IMG/VR virus record: IMGVR_UViG_3300032562_000003
Coordinates: 186,001-250,000 of that record
Direction: 5' to 3' (one strand)
Length of the DNA stretch: 64,000 bases
Every line of letters begins with the position of its first letter. Position 1 is the first letter of the stretch. Below, one piece after another: positions 1 through 10,681 of this stretch. Below the pieces are notes generated by a model, which had not been told where the DNA came from, searched no databases, and saw only the letters and a program-made list of their open reading frames with translations. The translations under genes and the position numbers were made by a program.

Positions 1-11
1 ATTAGAAACAT

Positions 12-212
12 ATGAACTCTAAAGAATTAGACATCAAACCTGGAATGAAGATTAAATTTGATGGACCATGGTGGAATAATAAAGATATACACTATACTGT
101 AGTAGAAGCATCCTGGTATAACAAAGAAAAGGAATCTACCGCAGTACAACTCAAGCTTGAGGAAATTGATCATATTACAGTTGTTTCTAGAAACGGTATA
201 AAGATTGTATGA
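12..212 (+). CDS. hypothetical protein
   Basis: 66-aa ORF overlapping next gene by 4 nt (ATGA coupling). Confidence 0.6.
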   Translation: MNSKELDIKPGMKIKFDGPWWNNKDIHYTVVEASWYNKEKESTAVQLKLEEIDHITVVSRNGIKIV

Positions 213-1150
213 GTGACATAGTAGACATTGCCGACTTAGACGTAATCTACTTAAGTTACGATGAACCCCAGAAAGAGGAATTCTGGCTCAAGATTAAGAA
301 CATGGTTCCGTGGGCCAAGAGAGTCGATGGAGTAAAGGGCAGCGATGCGGCACACAAGGCAGCAGCAGAAGCTTCCGACACTGAACGCTTCATTCTAATT
401 GACGGTGACAATCTTCCTAACGAAGACTTCTTCAACATTCAGTTAGATTTTACAGATAAGGATCCTAGCTACAAGTTAGCACAATATCGTTGGCGAGCTA
501 TTAATGCTATTAACGGTCTTCGTTACGGTAACGGTGGTATCTCTAGCTGGACTAAGACATATGTAGCGAACATGCACACACATGAAAGTTCAGACGGTGA
601 TCCAACCACTACGGTAGATTTCTGCATGGATTCCAGTAACAATCTGTATTGGGCAATGCACGACTGTTATTCAGTAACTTACCCAAACTATACCCCTTTC
701 CAAGCCTGGAGAGCCGGATTTAGGGAGGGCGTAAAGATGGTTCTCGATAAGGGTGCAAAGCCCAGCATTGATGATTTTAAAGCTAGAGTGTCAAGTCGCA
801 ATCTAAACAATCTGACAATCTGGCACAACGTAGGTGCGGACGTAGAGAATGGTTATTGGGCAATATACGGTGCTCGGCTCGGAACGCAGATGACGATGCT
901 GACTGACTGGGATCACACCAATGTCATGTGGTTCGACAACTTTCCTGAGTTATGGGACAAGCACAAGAATAATCCGCATCATTACGCAGAAGTTATCGGA
1001 GAAGAACTTCAAGACAAGTTGGATTTGCCAATCTGTACGCTAAGTGCAGACCAAAGTAAGTTCTTCAAGAGACATTATAATGCAGATAAGTATAATTTAG
1101 GTCCTTTAGTTAAAGAGATGGACGTGATTCGTAAAATTGAAGGATGGTAA
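209..1150 (+). CDS. glycosyltransferase-like protein (GT-A-like, DGD motif)
   Basis: DVIYLSYDEP...RVDGVKGSDAAHKAAA...FILIDGDN; homologous to C-terminal module of 14063..16603. Confidence 0.6.
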   Translation: MSDIVDIADLDVIYLSYDEPQKEEFWLKIKNMVPWAKRVDGVKGSDAAHKAAAEASDTERFILIDGDNLPNEDFFNIQLDFTDKDPSYKLAQYRWRAINAINGLRYGNGGISSWTKTYVANMHTHESSDGDPTTTVDFCMDSSNNLYWAMHDCYSVTYPNYTPFQAWRAGFREGVKMVLDKGAKPSIDDFKARVSSRNLNNLTIWHNVGADVENGYWAIYGARLGTQMTMLTDWDHTNVMWFDNFPELWDKHKNNPHHYAEVIGEELQDKLDLPICTLSADQSKFFKRHYNADKYNLGPLVKEMDVIRKIEGW

Positions 1151-1153
1151 AAT

Positions 1154-2551
1154 ATGTCAAATAATGGTTATCAACAACATTTAGAAAATGTTAAAAATGA
1201 ACTAGATTCTGTTAGCAAAACATTCTGTGCTGCTAAGTGGAAACAAGTAACTATGCATCTACAAAATGGACACACGCATAGTTGCCACCATCCTAAAACG
1301 CATCATGTTCCTGTACAAGAAATTCAAATAAATCCTACTGCACTGCACAATAGTAATTATAAAAAATTACAAAGGAAGATGATGCTTGAAGGTGAGCGTC
1401 CAGCAGAATGTGATTATTGCTGGCGAGTAGAGGATCAAGGTGATAGCCATAGTGACAGAATATACAAGAGTGCAGATAAATGGGCTAATCCTTTTATACA
1501 GGATATCGCCAATAAGCCATGGGATGATGATGTTGATCCAAGCTATGTAGAAGTAAGCTTTGGTAATGTATGCAATTTCAAATGCAGTTATTGTGCACCT
1601 CATATCAGTAGTCAATGGATGGAAGAGATCGAACGGTTCGGACCTTATCCTACCACAGATAGGTTCAATAATCTAGATTGGTTGAAAAGCCAAAATATGA
1701 TGCCTATTCTCAATAGAGAAGAAAATCCATATGTAGAGGCTTTCTGGAAGTGGTGGCCAAAGATGTATAATAGTCTACAGCACTTCAGAATTACCGGAGG
1801 CGAGCCGCTACTAAACAAGAACACCTTCAAGGTGCTGGATTATATCATCGATAACCCTAATCCAAATCTAGAAGTTGCCATCAATACGAACATGAATGTT
1901 CCTGATGATATTTTCAATAGGTTCTTAGAAAAGATCAAGATAATATCTGAAGAAAAAAAACTGAAAAACATCAAGATATTCACAAGTGCTGAAGCACACG
2001 GTAAACAGAGTGAGTATATCAGGTTTGGCATGAACTATGAGCGTTGGCTAACTAATATTCATAAGACTTATAGAGAAGTTCCGGGTATACAGTTTACTAT
2101 CATGAGTACCTATAACTTTCTAAGTATAACTTCATATATTCCATTCCTCAAGGATATCTTAGATATCAAGAAAGAATATCATCGTTGGGATGATGTAAGA
2201 ACTCCTATGCTATTAGATATTCCTTATCTTAGATTTCCAACTCATCAGGCAGTATTCATCATAGAGCCTGAACAACTTCAGATGATCTACGATCAGGTGA
2301 CATTCATTTATCAAAACATAGAAAACAAAAACTGGTACGGTACTGCAAATCGCGGCTTTTTTGAACATGAGGCTGACAAGTTAAAACGAATCTATAACCT
2401 CACTAAAGATGATGTGGTTAATGAATGGACAAACACGAATCGCAAGAACTTCATCACTTTCGTTGATGAGCATGACACGCGCCGTGGTACGAATTTCTTA
2501 GAAACATTCCCTGAATATGAGAATGTTTATTATAAGTGGAAGAATATGTGA
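1154..2551 (+). CDS. radical SAM protein
   Basis: CxxxCxxC motif CNFKCSYC, ITGGEPLL, additional N-terminal Cys cluster (CAAKW, SCHH, CDYCW). Confidence 0.85.
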   Translation: MSNNGYQQHLENVKNELDSVSKTFCAAKWKQVTMHLQNGHTHSCHHPKTHHVPVQEIQINPTALHNSNYKKLQRKMMLEGERPAECDYCWRVEDQGDSHSDRIYKSADKWANPFIQDIANKPWDDDVDPSYVEVSFGNVCNFKCSYCAPHISSQWMEEIERFGPYPTTDRFNNLDWLKSQNMMPILNREENPYVEAFWKWWPKMYNSLQHFRITGGEPLLNKNTFKVLDYIIDNPNPNLEVAINTNMNVPDDIFNRFLEKIKIISEEKKLKNIKIFTSAEAHGKQSEYIRFGMNYERWLTNIHKTYREVPGIQFTIMSTYNFLSITSYIPFLKDILDIKKEYHRWDDVRTPMLLDIPYLRFPTHQAVFIIEPEQLQMIYDQVTFIYQNIENKNWYGTANRGFFEHEADKLKRIYNLTKDDVVNEWTNTNRKNFITFVDEHDTRRGTNFLETFPEYENVYYKWKNM

Positions 2552-3336
2552 TGCGTGTAGCACTATGCATAAGTGGTCAGCCGAGGACATGGAAAAAGAC
2601 ATATTCAAATTGGATAGAACATTTGTTACCTAATGTAGAGAAAGATATTTTCTTTCATCTATGGGATTATAATACTTTACCTACGATAGTATTACAGTCT
2701 GGTGTCCGTTCCCTCAAAGACGTACATATCACTGAAGAAGAAAAACAAGATATCATAGATACATATCAGCCAAAGAAATACAAGTTTGATAATAGAAATG
2801 TCAATCCAACACTGTTCGACAAAGATCCTAGTATACTAACTGAGTATGTGAATAATCCGATAGGATGGTGGTGTAGAAGCCAGTATTATAGTATATATTA
2901 TGCTGCTAATCTAAAACGACAATATGAGATCGAACACAACTTCGAATATGATGTTGTGTTTAGGATGCGGACTGATCTATACTTCATGGAAAATCTAAAC
3001 ATGCCCCGTGAAGTTCGTCCCAACTGTTTATATTCTAAGAGCAACGGATACGTGGATAATGTAGAATCATTTATGATCGGTGACACGTTTCATTTTGCTG
3101 ATAGCTATACGTATGACCAAGCAGCAGAATTTATTCATTCATTGCAGTTTATCGATAGTAATCATGTGGTGCCCCCGCACATACAATGTCCCCCGCCGGC
3201 GCCGGAAGTTGCACTATATCCTTTTTTATGTGCTAGTGGAATAAAAAACGTCAGTTGTCCTCAGAGTATAAAGATATTGAGAAGCCAAGAATATCTTGAT
3301 ATCAAGAAAGAGTTAGCATCATATGAAGTCATATAA
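2551..3336 (+). CDS. glycosyltransferase-like protein, paralogue 1 of 3
   Basis: MRVALCISGQPR...DIFFHLWD...LKRQYEIEHNFEYDVVFRMRTD; start moved to ATG 2551. Confidence 0.6.
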   Translation: MRVALCISGQPRTWKKTYSNWIEHLLPNVEKDIFFHLWDYNTLPTIVLQSGVRSLKDVHITEEEKQDIIDTYQPKKYKFDNRNVNPTLFDKDPSILTEYVNNPIGWWCRSQYYSIYYAANLKRQYEIEHNFEYDVVFRMRTDLYFMENLNMPREVRPNCLYSKSNGYVDNVESFMIGDTFHFADSYTYDQAAEFIHSLQFIDSNHVVPPHIQCPPPAPEVALYPFLCASGIKNVSCPQSIKILRSQEYLDIKKELASYEVI

Positions 3337-4189
3337 AATAGCAGTGTGTCTGAGCGGAGAGCCTCGCACATGGAACCATTGTAGCGAGAATATACTTGAA
3401 TTTTTCAAGAGTGATATCCATGACATAAAGTTTTTTGGACACACGTGGACAGACAGTGAATACACGAAAGAACATAGATTTTATGGTATAGAGAAATGTG
3501 AATCTTATCCTAAGGACGAGCTATACCAGAATATGATATCAGCTATAAACTACGAAAAATTATTGATCGAAGATAAAACTGTAATCGATGTCACTCCGAT
3601 ACCAAGCGTATTAAGTTTTGATGAATGTACTTTTGGTATGAAAGTAGCAGCTAACCTAGCTAAACCTACAGTATACGTTCACATGAGCTACAGTATCATG
3701 CAGGCTAACTGGCTCAAAACTATGTATGAAATAGAAAATGACATGCGTTTTGATCTAGTTGTCAGAGCAAGGCATGATAGTTATTATACACCGGGTACAA
3801 AGTTTGAGGATTACTTACCAGGTAGAATAGAACCAACTGCAATATATGGTTCGACAAATACATTCCCGATGGAATATTGGCAGAATCATTTTACTGATGT
3901 GTTATTCTTCGGTTCAAGTAGGGTGATGAATACTGTTTGTGATTTTTATAGATACTATAGTACAGGTAAATTCTGGGAATTATTAGATGCTAACTGGAAT
4001 GATCCTTATATAAAAATATGCGGATATAATGTCTGCTTATATAAATGGCTTATGCTAAAGAATATAAGAGTACAAGAAACAAACCTAATATTTAACACTT
4101 ATATATTTAGGAAAAAGGCAGCAGAATTGTATAGTTTACCGCAAGACGCAGATGCAATACTACAAGTAGAAAGAAATCTATTCAGATGA
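3323..4189 (+). CDS. glycosyltransferase-like protein, paralogue 2 of 3
   Basis: KIAVCLSGEPR...FFGHTW...YEIENDMRFDLVVRARHD. Confidence 0.6.
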   Translation: MKSYKIAVCLSGEPRTWNHCSENILEFFKSDIHDIKFFGHTWTDSEYTKEHRFYGIEKCESYPKDELYQNMISAINYEKLLIEDKTVIDVTPIPSVLSFDECTFGMKVAANLAKPTVYVHMSYSIMQANWLKTMYEIENDMRFDLVVRARHDSYYTPGTKFEDYLPGRIEPTAIYGSTNTFPMEYWQNHFTDVLFFGSSRVMNTVCDFYRYYSTGKFWELLDANWNDPYIKICGYNVCLYKWLMLKNIRVQETNLIFNTYIFRKKAAELYSLPQDADAILQVERNLFR

Positions 4190-5010
4190 AGATTGCTGTG
4201 TGTTTCAGTGGATTGATCAGAACAGGGATAAACTGTTATGTTAACATCACCCGTTACTTAGGAGATATGCTGCCGGATTGTGATTTTTTCCTGCACACCT
4301 GGGATTATGAAACTAATAAACCGTTTGCTAGAACACATTGGAATAATATTCGATTTATTCAACGCCCGGATGAAGCCTTATCTCAAGAAAAATTACAGAA
4401 ATTTATCGAATTATATAATCCGATAAGATACAAAGTAGATAGTTATTCAGAGTTCATGAATAGTCATATGACTAATAACCAATTTCCTATAGTATGGCAT
4501 ACTCTTTGTAGAAGCTTTGAGCTTTAAAGGCAGTACGAGATAGAGAACAATTTTAAATATGATGTAGTCATAAAGATCCGTCCTGATGTTATATTTCCTA
4601 CAGCTAAAAACTTTGGAAGTGAGCTATCTAACATAGACTTATCCAAATCGACGATTTATAGTGACCCGCACTGTGATAATATATTAGCTGATGTTTTTTG
4701 GGTTACAAACAGCAATGTTGCTGATATTATGATTGATCTGGTCAAAGAGCCTGGACACTCAGTGCATGATTCATCTGCTGCATTAAACAGATTTTTACAA
4801 AATAGGGGAATTATAAATCAACCATTGAGCAAAACTAATTTAGTTTGTTACACGATATATCGTTATGAGTCTTATATGTTTGATCCTATGACAAATTTTC
4901 GTGAGTGTTTTATGAATGATTTAATACATTATAGTTCTATATCAGAAGAAGAAATATATAAGGTTTTTCGGGATAACAATGAGAATAAATTATACGGAAC
5001 AATAAGATGA
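4186..5010 (+). pseudogene. glycosyltransferase-like paralogue 3 interrupted by a single in-frame TAA (4525-4527)
   Basis: ORFs 4186..4527 and 4729..5010 share one frame that is otherwise open; EL*RQYEIENNFKYDVVIKIRPD aligns to LKRQYEIEHNFEYDVVFRMRTD of paralogue 1. Confidence 0.75.
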
Positions 5011-5801
5011 TTGATTTTTTATATGCTAACGGATGTAGCTGGACAGCAGGAAACGGTATCGATGATGATCCGAGCTTATCAAACATACCATTAATAGAAA
5101 GATGGAACTATTTTTTGAAATGTGCCTGGCCGTCGGTAGTCGCAGAAAAGTTTGGAGTTGATCATATAAATGAAGCTCTTGGTGCAGGAAGCAATGCACG
5201 TATGGTTAGAACTACATGTGACTTTCTACGAAAGTATCCTAAAGAAAAATATAGTTCATTAGTAGTTATGTTAGGCTGGACAACTGTAGATAGGAGTGAA
5301 GTCTATTTACACGAAGGACAGAAAGAGGGGTGGTGTATGTTTAATGCTACGCAGCCGGTAAGTTCGCATGATGTACTCTTTAGACCTGACTTTAGTAATG
5401 ATTATTTAAAACTTATTGATGACTGGCAGAAAGACTATATTTTGAATGTATATTCACTTCGTGCCAATTACATCAGATTTTTTCAAGAAATGTATATTAT
5501 GAAAAATCTATTAGAAAACTTAGGTGTAAAGTACTTGTTTTTTAGTAGTCTGCCGTGGCGAACAGTATGGTTACCGGAATATAAAAAAATTAATATATCA
5601 AAACAATTTGAACAAGAAATTTCAGTATTGCAGAAACCATGCATTCTGAATACACGTTCATGTGATGAATCATTAAATGTGATGAGTCTTTTTTGCGTAG
5701 CTAATCAAATTCCAATGGCTGCTGATCATCATACTATGATAGAAGGTCACAGAAGATGGGCAGAGCATTTATATCAGGAGTTTAATAACATCTATGAATA
5801 A
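5007..5801 (+). CDS. SGNH/GDSL-like hydrolase/acyltransferase paralogue 1
   Basis: NGCSWTAG, GSN, GWTTVDR, C-terminal DHHTMIEGHRRWA. Confidence 0.65.
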   Translation: MIDFLYANGCSWTAGNGIDDDPSLSNIPLIERWNYFLKCAWPSVVAEKFGVDHINEALGAGSNARMVRTTCDFLRKYPKEKYSSLVVMLGWTTVDRSEVYLHEGQKEGWCMFNATQPVSSHDVLFRPDFSNDYLKLIDDWQKDYILNVYSLRANYIRFFQEMYIMKNLLENLGVKYLFFSSLPWRTVWLPEYKKINISKQFEQEISVLQKPCILNTRSCDESLNVMSLFCVANQIPMAADHHTMIEGHRRWAEHLYQEFNNIYE

Positions 5802-6597
5802 AGAAAAGATCGTGGTGTGCGGTGATAGTTTCAATGTCGGCATTGGACTAGTTGATATGGAAAAACAACGGTATGGTCAACTTGTCGCAGATAAGTTAGA
5901 ATATGATTTGGTCGTATTAGCTAGGGGCAGTGCGTCTAATTATGCAGTATTCCTCCAAGGTGTATATGCTAGTAAGATGCTGTCCAAACCAAAGTGCGTT
6001 ATTTTATGTGTAACTAGTTATGATAGGATCGAATGGTTAGAAGACGAATTTCAAAAGCATATAACATTAGACCTATCACATTTGAACTACCATCAGTATC
6101 CGCCGCATCATCATGCACAACCGCATCATGATCGACCGTTAGATTTTTATCTAAAAGATGATGCAAGCTATAATCCAAAGTTGCTCACTGAGCAGGTCGG
6201 GGCGATACCTGATTATCTACAGACATTAGAAAAACAAAAGAAAATGCCTAGCGATTATTACCAACGTCTACATTCACAATCACCTGAAAAACTAAAAATG
6301 TTATTAGAACATTATCTAACTGTTTGGTCTAACAATAATATCAAATCTGATTATGATAGAGGGTTGATACTGTCTGCATACACTAGAATAACAAACAGTG
6401 ATATACATTGCTTAGTGCTTGCAAGTGACGATAAGTTCGATGATCTGATACCTAAAAAAGATTTGATACATCATAATTGGGGAGAGCTGACTCTACAATA
6501 TCCTGATACTATAGGAAGTCAGCATGCAGATTATCCAGCACATGAATATACTGCACAGTTGATAATTGAAAGGTTATTAGAGAATGGCTACACCTGA
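5794..6597 (+). CDS. SGNH/GDSL-like hydrolase paralogue 2
   Basis: CGDSFNVG, GSASN, TSYDR, QHADYPAH. Confidence 0.6.
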   Translation: MNKEKIVVCGDSFNVGIGLVDMEKQRYGQLVADKLEYDLVVLARGSASNYAVFLQGVYASKMLSKPKCVILCVTSYDRIEWLEDEFQKHITLDLSHLNYHQYPPHHHAQPHHDRPLDFYLKDDASYNPKLLTEQVGAIPDYLQTLEKQKKMPSDYYQRLHSQSPEKLKMLLEHYLTVWSNNNIKSDYDRGLILSAYTRITNSDIHCLVLASDDKFDDLIPKKDLIHHNWGELTLQYPDTIGSQHADYPAHEYTAQLIIERLLENGYT

Positions 6598-7465
6598 TGA
6601 ATTGATTTTGATAACGAACGGTGATAGCTGGACGTTCGGGTGTGAGATAGTAGATCCTGCTTTAGTACAAAAACATCCAGGTAATCATCTGACTACTATC
6701 GACTATCTTCCTAAGAATGATAGTTATAGATTACCGCGGATATGGCCAACTAAGCTAGCAGAACTATTGAGATGTCGTGTGATAAACCTAGCTGAACCCG
6801 GAGATGATAATGCTAGTATCTTAGCTAGGACGCAAGAATATGTTTTGCACCTACTAAACCAAGGTATAAACCCGGATCGTCTGTTTATCATAGTAGGTTG
6901 GACTACGCCGGAACGCAGAGATTTTTGGTACAAGAGTGATGATGACAAAGAAAGCTACAAGTTTAGGCTCAATCCGCACATGACTGATCATAAACAAAAA
7001 CCATTAGCCAATCTTACTAAAACATATGTATTGAATTTTTGGAATCCTGAAGAATACATTACTAGGTATATTACTACAATATTGAACTTCCAGAATTTTT
7101 GCCTAACGAATAAAATCAGATTCTTAAACTTCAATGCTTTTTATAGATTGAATCAGATTAATATCGATCAGTGGCAAGACATCAATGTTGAAGAACAGAT
7201 AAACTCTTTAGGTTTAGGTAATATCAGTATATCAGATGATGATGTCCGTATCATTCATAAAATAAACTATAACACTATATGGAAAACGATAGATAGTATT
7301 AGGTACTATAACAAAGACATCACTAATAATTCATTCAAGACATATGTAGATGAAAACTGCGGAGAAGCTGGATATACTGGCTGGCATCCAAATGAACTAG
7401 GTCATACTGTTTGGGCTGATGAATTATTAAAATACATACAAGATCATGAGTTACTAAATATTTGA
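6584..7465 (+). CDS. SGNH/GDSL-like hydrolase paralogue 3
   Basis: NGDSWTFG, GDDN, GWTTPERR, WHPNELGHTVWA. Confidence 0.65.
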   Translation: MATPDELILITNGDSWTFGCEIVDPALVQKHPGNHLTTIDYLPKNDSYRLPRIWPTKLAELLRCRVINLAEPGDDNASILARTQEYVLHLLNQGINPDRLFIIVGWTTPERRDFWYKSDDDKESYKFRLNPHMTDHKQKPLANLTKTYVLNFWNPEEYITRYITTILNFQNFCLTNKIRFLNFNAFYRLNQINIDQWQDINVEEQINSLGLGNISISDDDVRIIHKINYNTIWKTIDSIRYYNKDITNNSFKTYVDENCGEAGYTGWHPNELGHTVWADELLKYIQDHELLNI

Positions 7466-7466
7466 C

Positions 7467-7916
7467 ATGAGTATAAATGAAATCAAAACTGTAGTCAAGC
7501 ACTGGGGTCATGAAGTCTGGATAGCAGATGGTGTCAGGACACCATATGCACTAAAGCGTATATTCTTCAAGGCTGGCAATAGAACAAGCTTGCAAGTACA
7601 TCAACAAAAATTCGAAACCAACTATGTTTTTTCCGGTACAGGAACATTGTACATAAGCAAAGAAAAATTTGATGTAGAACATTTTCTATCTAACCCGATG
7701 ACCGCAGAAGAAGTTTCTGAATACGAATCAACGTTTGATATCATTCGACTTGAACCTGGAGTATCATTCGACGTTCATCCGGGCTATGTTCACCGTGTCG
7801 TTGCTATTACAGACCTTGAATTCTTTGAAGCAAGTACAACAGAACTTGATGATGTGATAAGGCTTCAGGATGATCAAAATAGAACGCACGGTAGAATACA
7901 GCATGAGCACCGTTAA
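7467..7916 (+). CDS. cupin (mannose-6-phosphate isomerase-like)
   Basis: KHWGHEVW, TSLQVHQQKFETNY, HRVVA, EASTTELDDVIRLQDD. Confidence 0.8.
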   Translation: MSINEIKTVVKHWGHEVWIADGVRTPYALKRIFFKAGNRTSLQVHQQKFETNYVFSGTGTLYISKEKFDVEHFLSNPMTAEEVSEYESTFDIIRLEPGVSFDVHPGYVHRVVAITDLEFFEASTTELDDVIRLQDDQNRTHGRIQHEHR

Positions 7917-9462
7917 CACAGTAGTTATACCTACAGCCGGTATAGGCTCTAGGATGGGCAATCTGACTAAGAATCTAAACAAAGCACTGTTGCCCTACAA
8001 GAATAAACCGTTTCTATCACACATAATAGATCAGTTTCCCAAAGACACGCACTTCATCATTCCTGTTGGTTATCTGAGCCAGCAGGTTAAAGACTATTGC
8101 ACAGTAGCACATGATGATGTAAATATCACATTTGTTGATATCGATGACTATACCTCTAGTCGGAGTGGTACTGCCTACACACTGAAAAAATGTACTAACC
8201 TATTAGATAAACCATTCTGGTACATACCGTGTGACACTTATTTCGATACAGACTTGATATCAGAGATCAAAGATACAAGTAAAAACTACTATTTCACTAA
8301 ACAGGTAAGTGAAGATTTATCTGACCTATACACTATGTTCAAATTAGACAACTTGACGATCACTGATATGGTGTTTAAAGAACACTGCCCTGCTGATTAT
8401 GTTGCTTTTACTGGCGTGATGTATCTAGGTGATCATGTAGATTTCATCACCCGGTTAACCGAACTAAACAATAATGAGTTTATCTTTGTTATAGAAAAAG
8501 GTGAGTCTATTGTTAACCTAGACAGTTGGATCGATTTTGGCAATATAGAGAGTTATGCGAATGCAGTTAATAGCAGCCAAAAATTTGACTTTAGTAAAGA
8601 AGATGAGATCACCTACATAACCGATTCTAAAGTTATCAAATGGTGGGCGAATAAAACTATCACTGAGAACAAATATAAACGAACGCTAGATCATGATGGA
8701 ATATATCCCGACAATTGCAAGATTGTTGGCAACTATCTAGCATACGATTGGTATTCAGGAAAAACATTATACCAACACAATGATGTTGAGCATTTCAATA
8801 GTCTATTGAATTGGTTAGACAATAATGTCTGGCACCGGGCTGATGTTGACATCAAAGATGAATGCATAGAATTTTATAAAAATAAGACATTAGGTAGGAT
8901 CGAAAAATACTTGACCAAGTATAACACACAAGAAAAGGTTAGCAGTATTAACGGTGTTGACGTAAAGGACTATGCATATTACCTAAACAACATCGACTAT
9001 TCTTATCTTACTGAGACAGTGCAAGCATCTTATATACACGGTGATTTGCAGTTTGATAATATCGTAATAGGTAAAGACTTCAAGCTCATCGATTGGCGCC
9101 CTGATTTTGCAGGTAATACCAACACCGGCGACATATATTATGACTTAGCAAAACTCGCCGGCGGATTCATCATAAATTATAGTAAGATCAAAGAGAACAA
9201 CTTCAAGGTTGATATTAAAAACAATCATGTTACTTTAGAGATTCCTTATATAGATAACCACGAACAGTATTTCACCCTATTAAAAAAGTTTGTGAATGAA
9301 AAACAGTTAGAGTGGAAGAAAGTGGAATTATTGATTCCTATTATATTTTGGAATATGTCTCCATTACATACTAGTCCCTTCGACAAATTTCTCTGGTACT
9401 TAGGTATAAAATTGTTCCAAGAGTATGAAACTAAATACTCTAGCAATGAAGCAGTTTTATAG
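7903..9462 (+). CDS. bifunctional sugar nucleotidyltransferase / APH-choline-kinase-like phosphotransferase
   Basis: N-term VVIPTAGIGSRM...KALLP; C-term IHGDLQFDNI, IDWR, GDIYYDLAKL; start at ATG 7903. Confidence 0.8.
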   Translation: MSTVNTVVIPTAGIGSRMGNLTKNLNKALLPYKNKPFLSHIIDQFPKDTHFIIPVGYLSQQVKDYCTVAHDDVNITFVDIDDYTSSRSGTAYTLKKCTNLLDKPFWYIPCDTYFDTDLISEIKDTSKNYYFTKQVSEDLSDLYTMFKLDNLTITDMVFKEHCPADYVAFTGVMYLGDHVDFITRLTELNNNEFIFVIEKGESIVNLDSWIDFGNIESYANAVNSSQKFDFSKEDEITYITDSKVIKWWANKTITENKYKRTLDHDGIYPDNCKIVGNYLAYDWYSGKTLYQHNDVEHFNSLLNWLDNNVWHRADVDIKDECIEFYKNKTLGRIEKYLTKYNTQEKVSSINGVDVKDYAYYLNNIDYSYLTETVQASYIHGDLQFDNIVIGKDFKLIDWRPDFAGNTNTGDIYYDLAKLAGGFIINYSKIKENNFKVDIKNNHVTLEIPYIDNHEQYFTLLKKFVNEKQLEWKKVELLIPIIFWNMSPLHTSPFDKFLWYLGIKLFQEYETKYSSNEAVL

Positions 9463-10183
9463 TCTAAGTCAATATCCTGGCAAAACCGGAACTTATTACT
9501 ACAATTTGTTTTTTGATAAGTTTGGCATTGACGCAACCTATACGGCTTTAGCTTGTAATCCAAACGAGTTCGAAGATACTTTCAAGCACTTAACAAGCGA
9601 TCATACTACATATGGTATTAGCGTGAGTATGCCATATAAGAACACTGTAACTTATCTGTGTGATAATCTAGATAGTCTAGCACATAAGTATGGTATTTGC
9701 AATACCATAGCTGTGAATAATGGACATACCGTTGGCTACAATTGTGACATATACGGATTGATGGGTATCATATCTGAGATTTCAATCGATGATAAGATTT
9801 TGATACTAGGTGACGGATCGATAGGACAGATGTTCTATCATTATCTCATCGAAAACGATTATATGAATGTCAATATGTATAGCAGAAAAAACAACAACTG
9901 GCATGACAGACATGAACCGGCTGACATTATAATCAATTGTACTAGTTTAGGGACGAGTGAAGAGGCATCACCATTGCTATCAGTTCCTGATAAAACAAGA
10001 TGCGTAATTGATCTAGCACTACGTAAAACTATTTTATATGAACAAAGTTTGCAGAGTCAAGTAAAGTATATAAGTGGTCTGAGTTTTTATGCCCATCAAT
10101 TTCTAAAGCAGTTTGAGATATATACTGGTATGCATATCACGATTGATCAATTTAACGAGGCTACAGGAAATGATTATAGATAA
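9446..10183 (+). CDS. shikimate dehydrogenase-like (AroE-like) oxidoreductase
   Basis: SVSMPYK, ICNT, GYNCD, ILGDG, IINCTSLG, SGLSFYAHQ. Confidence 0.7.
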   Translation: MKQFYSLSQYPGKTGTYYYNLFFDKFGIDATYTALACNPNEFEDTFKHLTSDHTTYGISVSMPYKNTVTYLCDNLDSLAHKYGICNTIAVNNGHTVGYNCDIYGLMGIISEISIDDKILILGDGSIGQMFYHYLIENDYMNVNMYSRKNNNWHDRHEPADIIINCTSLGTSEEASPLLSVPDKTRCVIDLALRKTILYEQSLQSQVKYISGLSFYAHQFLKQFEIYTGMHITIDQFNEATGNDYR

Positions 10184-10661
10184 ACTCATTATCGATGTTG
10201 ATGGTGTATTAACATCCGGACACATGCTGTACAACAATTTAGGCAAAACTTTTAAAGTTTTCGGACCGCATGACAGAGATGGTCTCAAGCTGATCAGTAA
10301 GTATATAAATGATATCACTTTTATTACTGCGGATAAGACTGGATTTGACATCACTTACGCAAGAATTGTCACTGATTGGAAGTATCGGGATGATCAGTTA
10401 GTCTTAGTTCCGGAAGAATCTAGACTAGAATGGTTTATAGAAAATTGTAATTTCAACACAACCGCATATATCGCAGATGGATATCATGATGCTGTTATAT
10501 TAAAAAAAGTAGCTCTAGGCATCGCACCTAAGAGTGCTAGAATTGAAGCGAGAACTAGTGCTAAGTATGTGACACCGAGTGATGCTGCTAGCGGCGCAGT
10601 TCTTGATGCATGTTTATATATTGAAAAGATGATCAAAGGTTGGTGGTGGCGCCAACTATAA
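10170..10661 (+). CDS. HAD phosphatase, KdsC-like
   Basis: DVDGVLT, ITAD, YIADGYHD, GAVLD. Confidence 0.8.
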   Translation: MIIDKLIIDVDGVLTSGHMLYNNLGKTFKVFGPHDRDGLKLISKYINDITFITADKTGFDITYARIVTDWKYRDDQLVLVPEESRLEWFIENCNFNTTAYIADGYHDAVILKKVALGIAPKSARIEARTSAKYVTPSDAASGAVLDACLYIEKMIKGWWWRQL

Positions 10662-10681
10662 TCTATATGAAAGAATGATCG

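Noticed and set aside
4525-4527. Genome-wide stop-codon reassignment
   Set aside because: TAA, TAG and TGA all terminate well-recognised genes at expected lengths; only one internal TAA seen and no suppressor tRNA in the window
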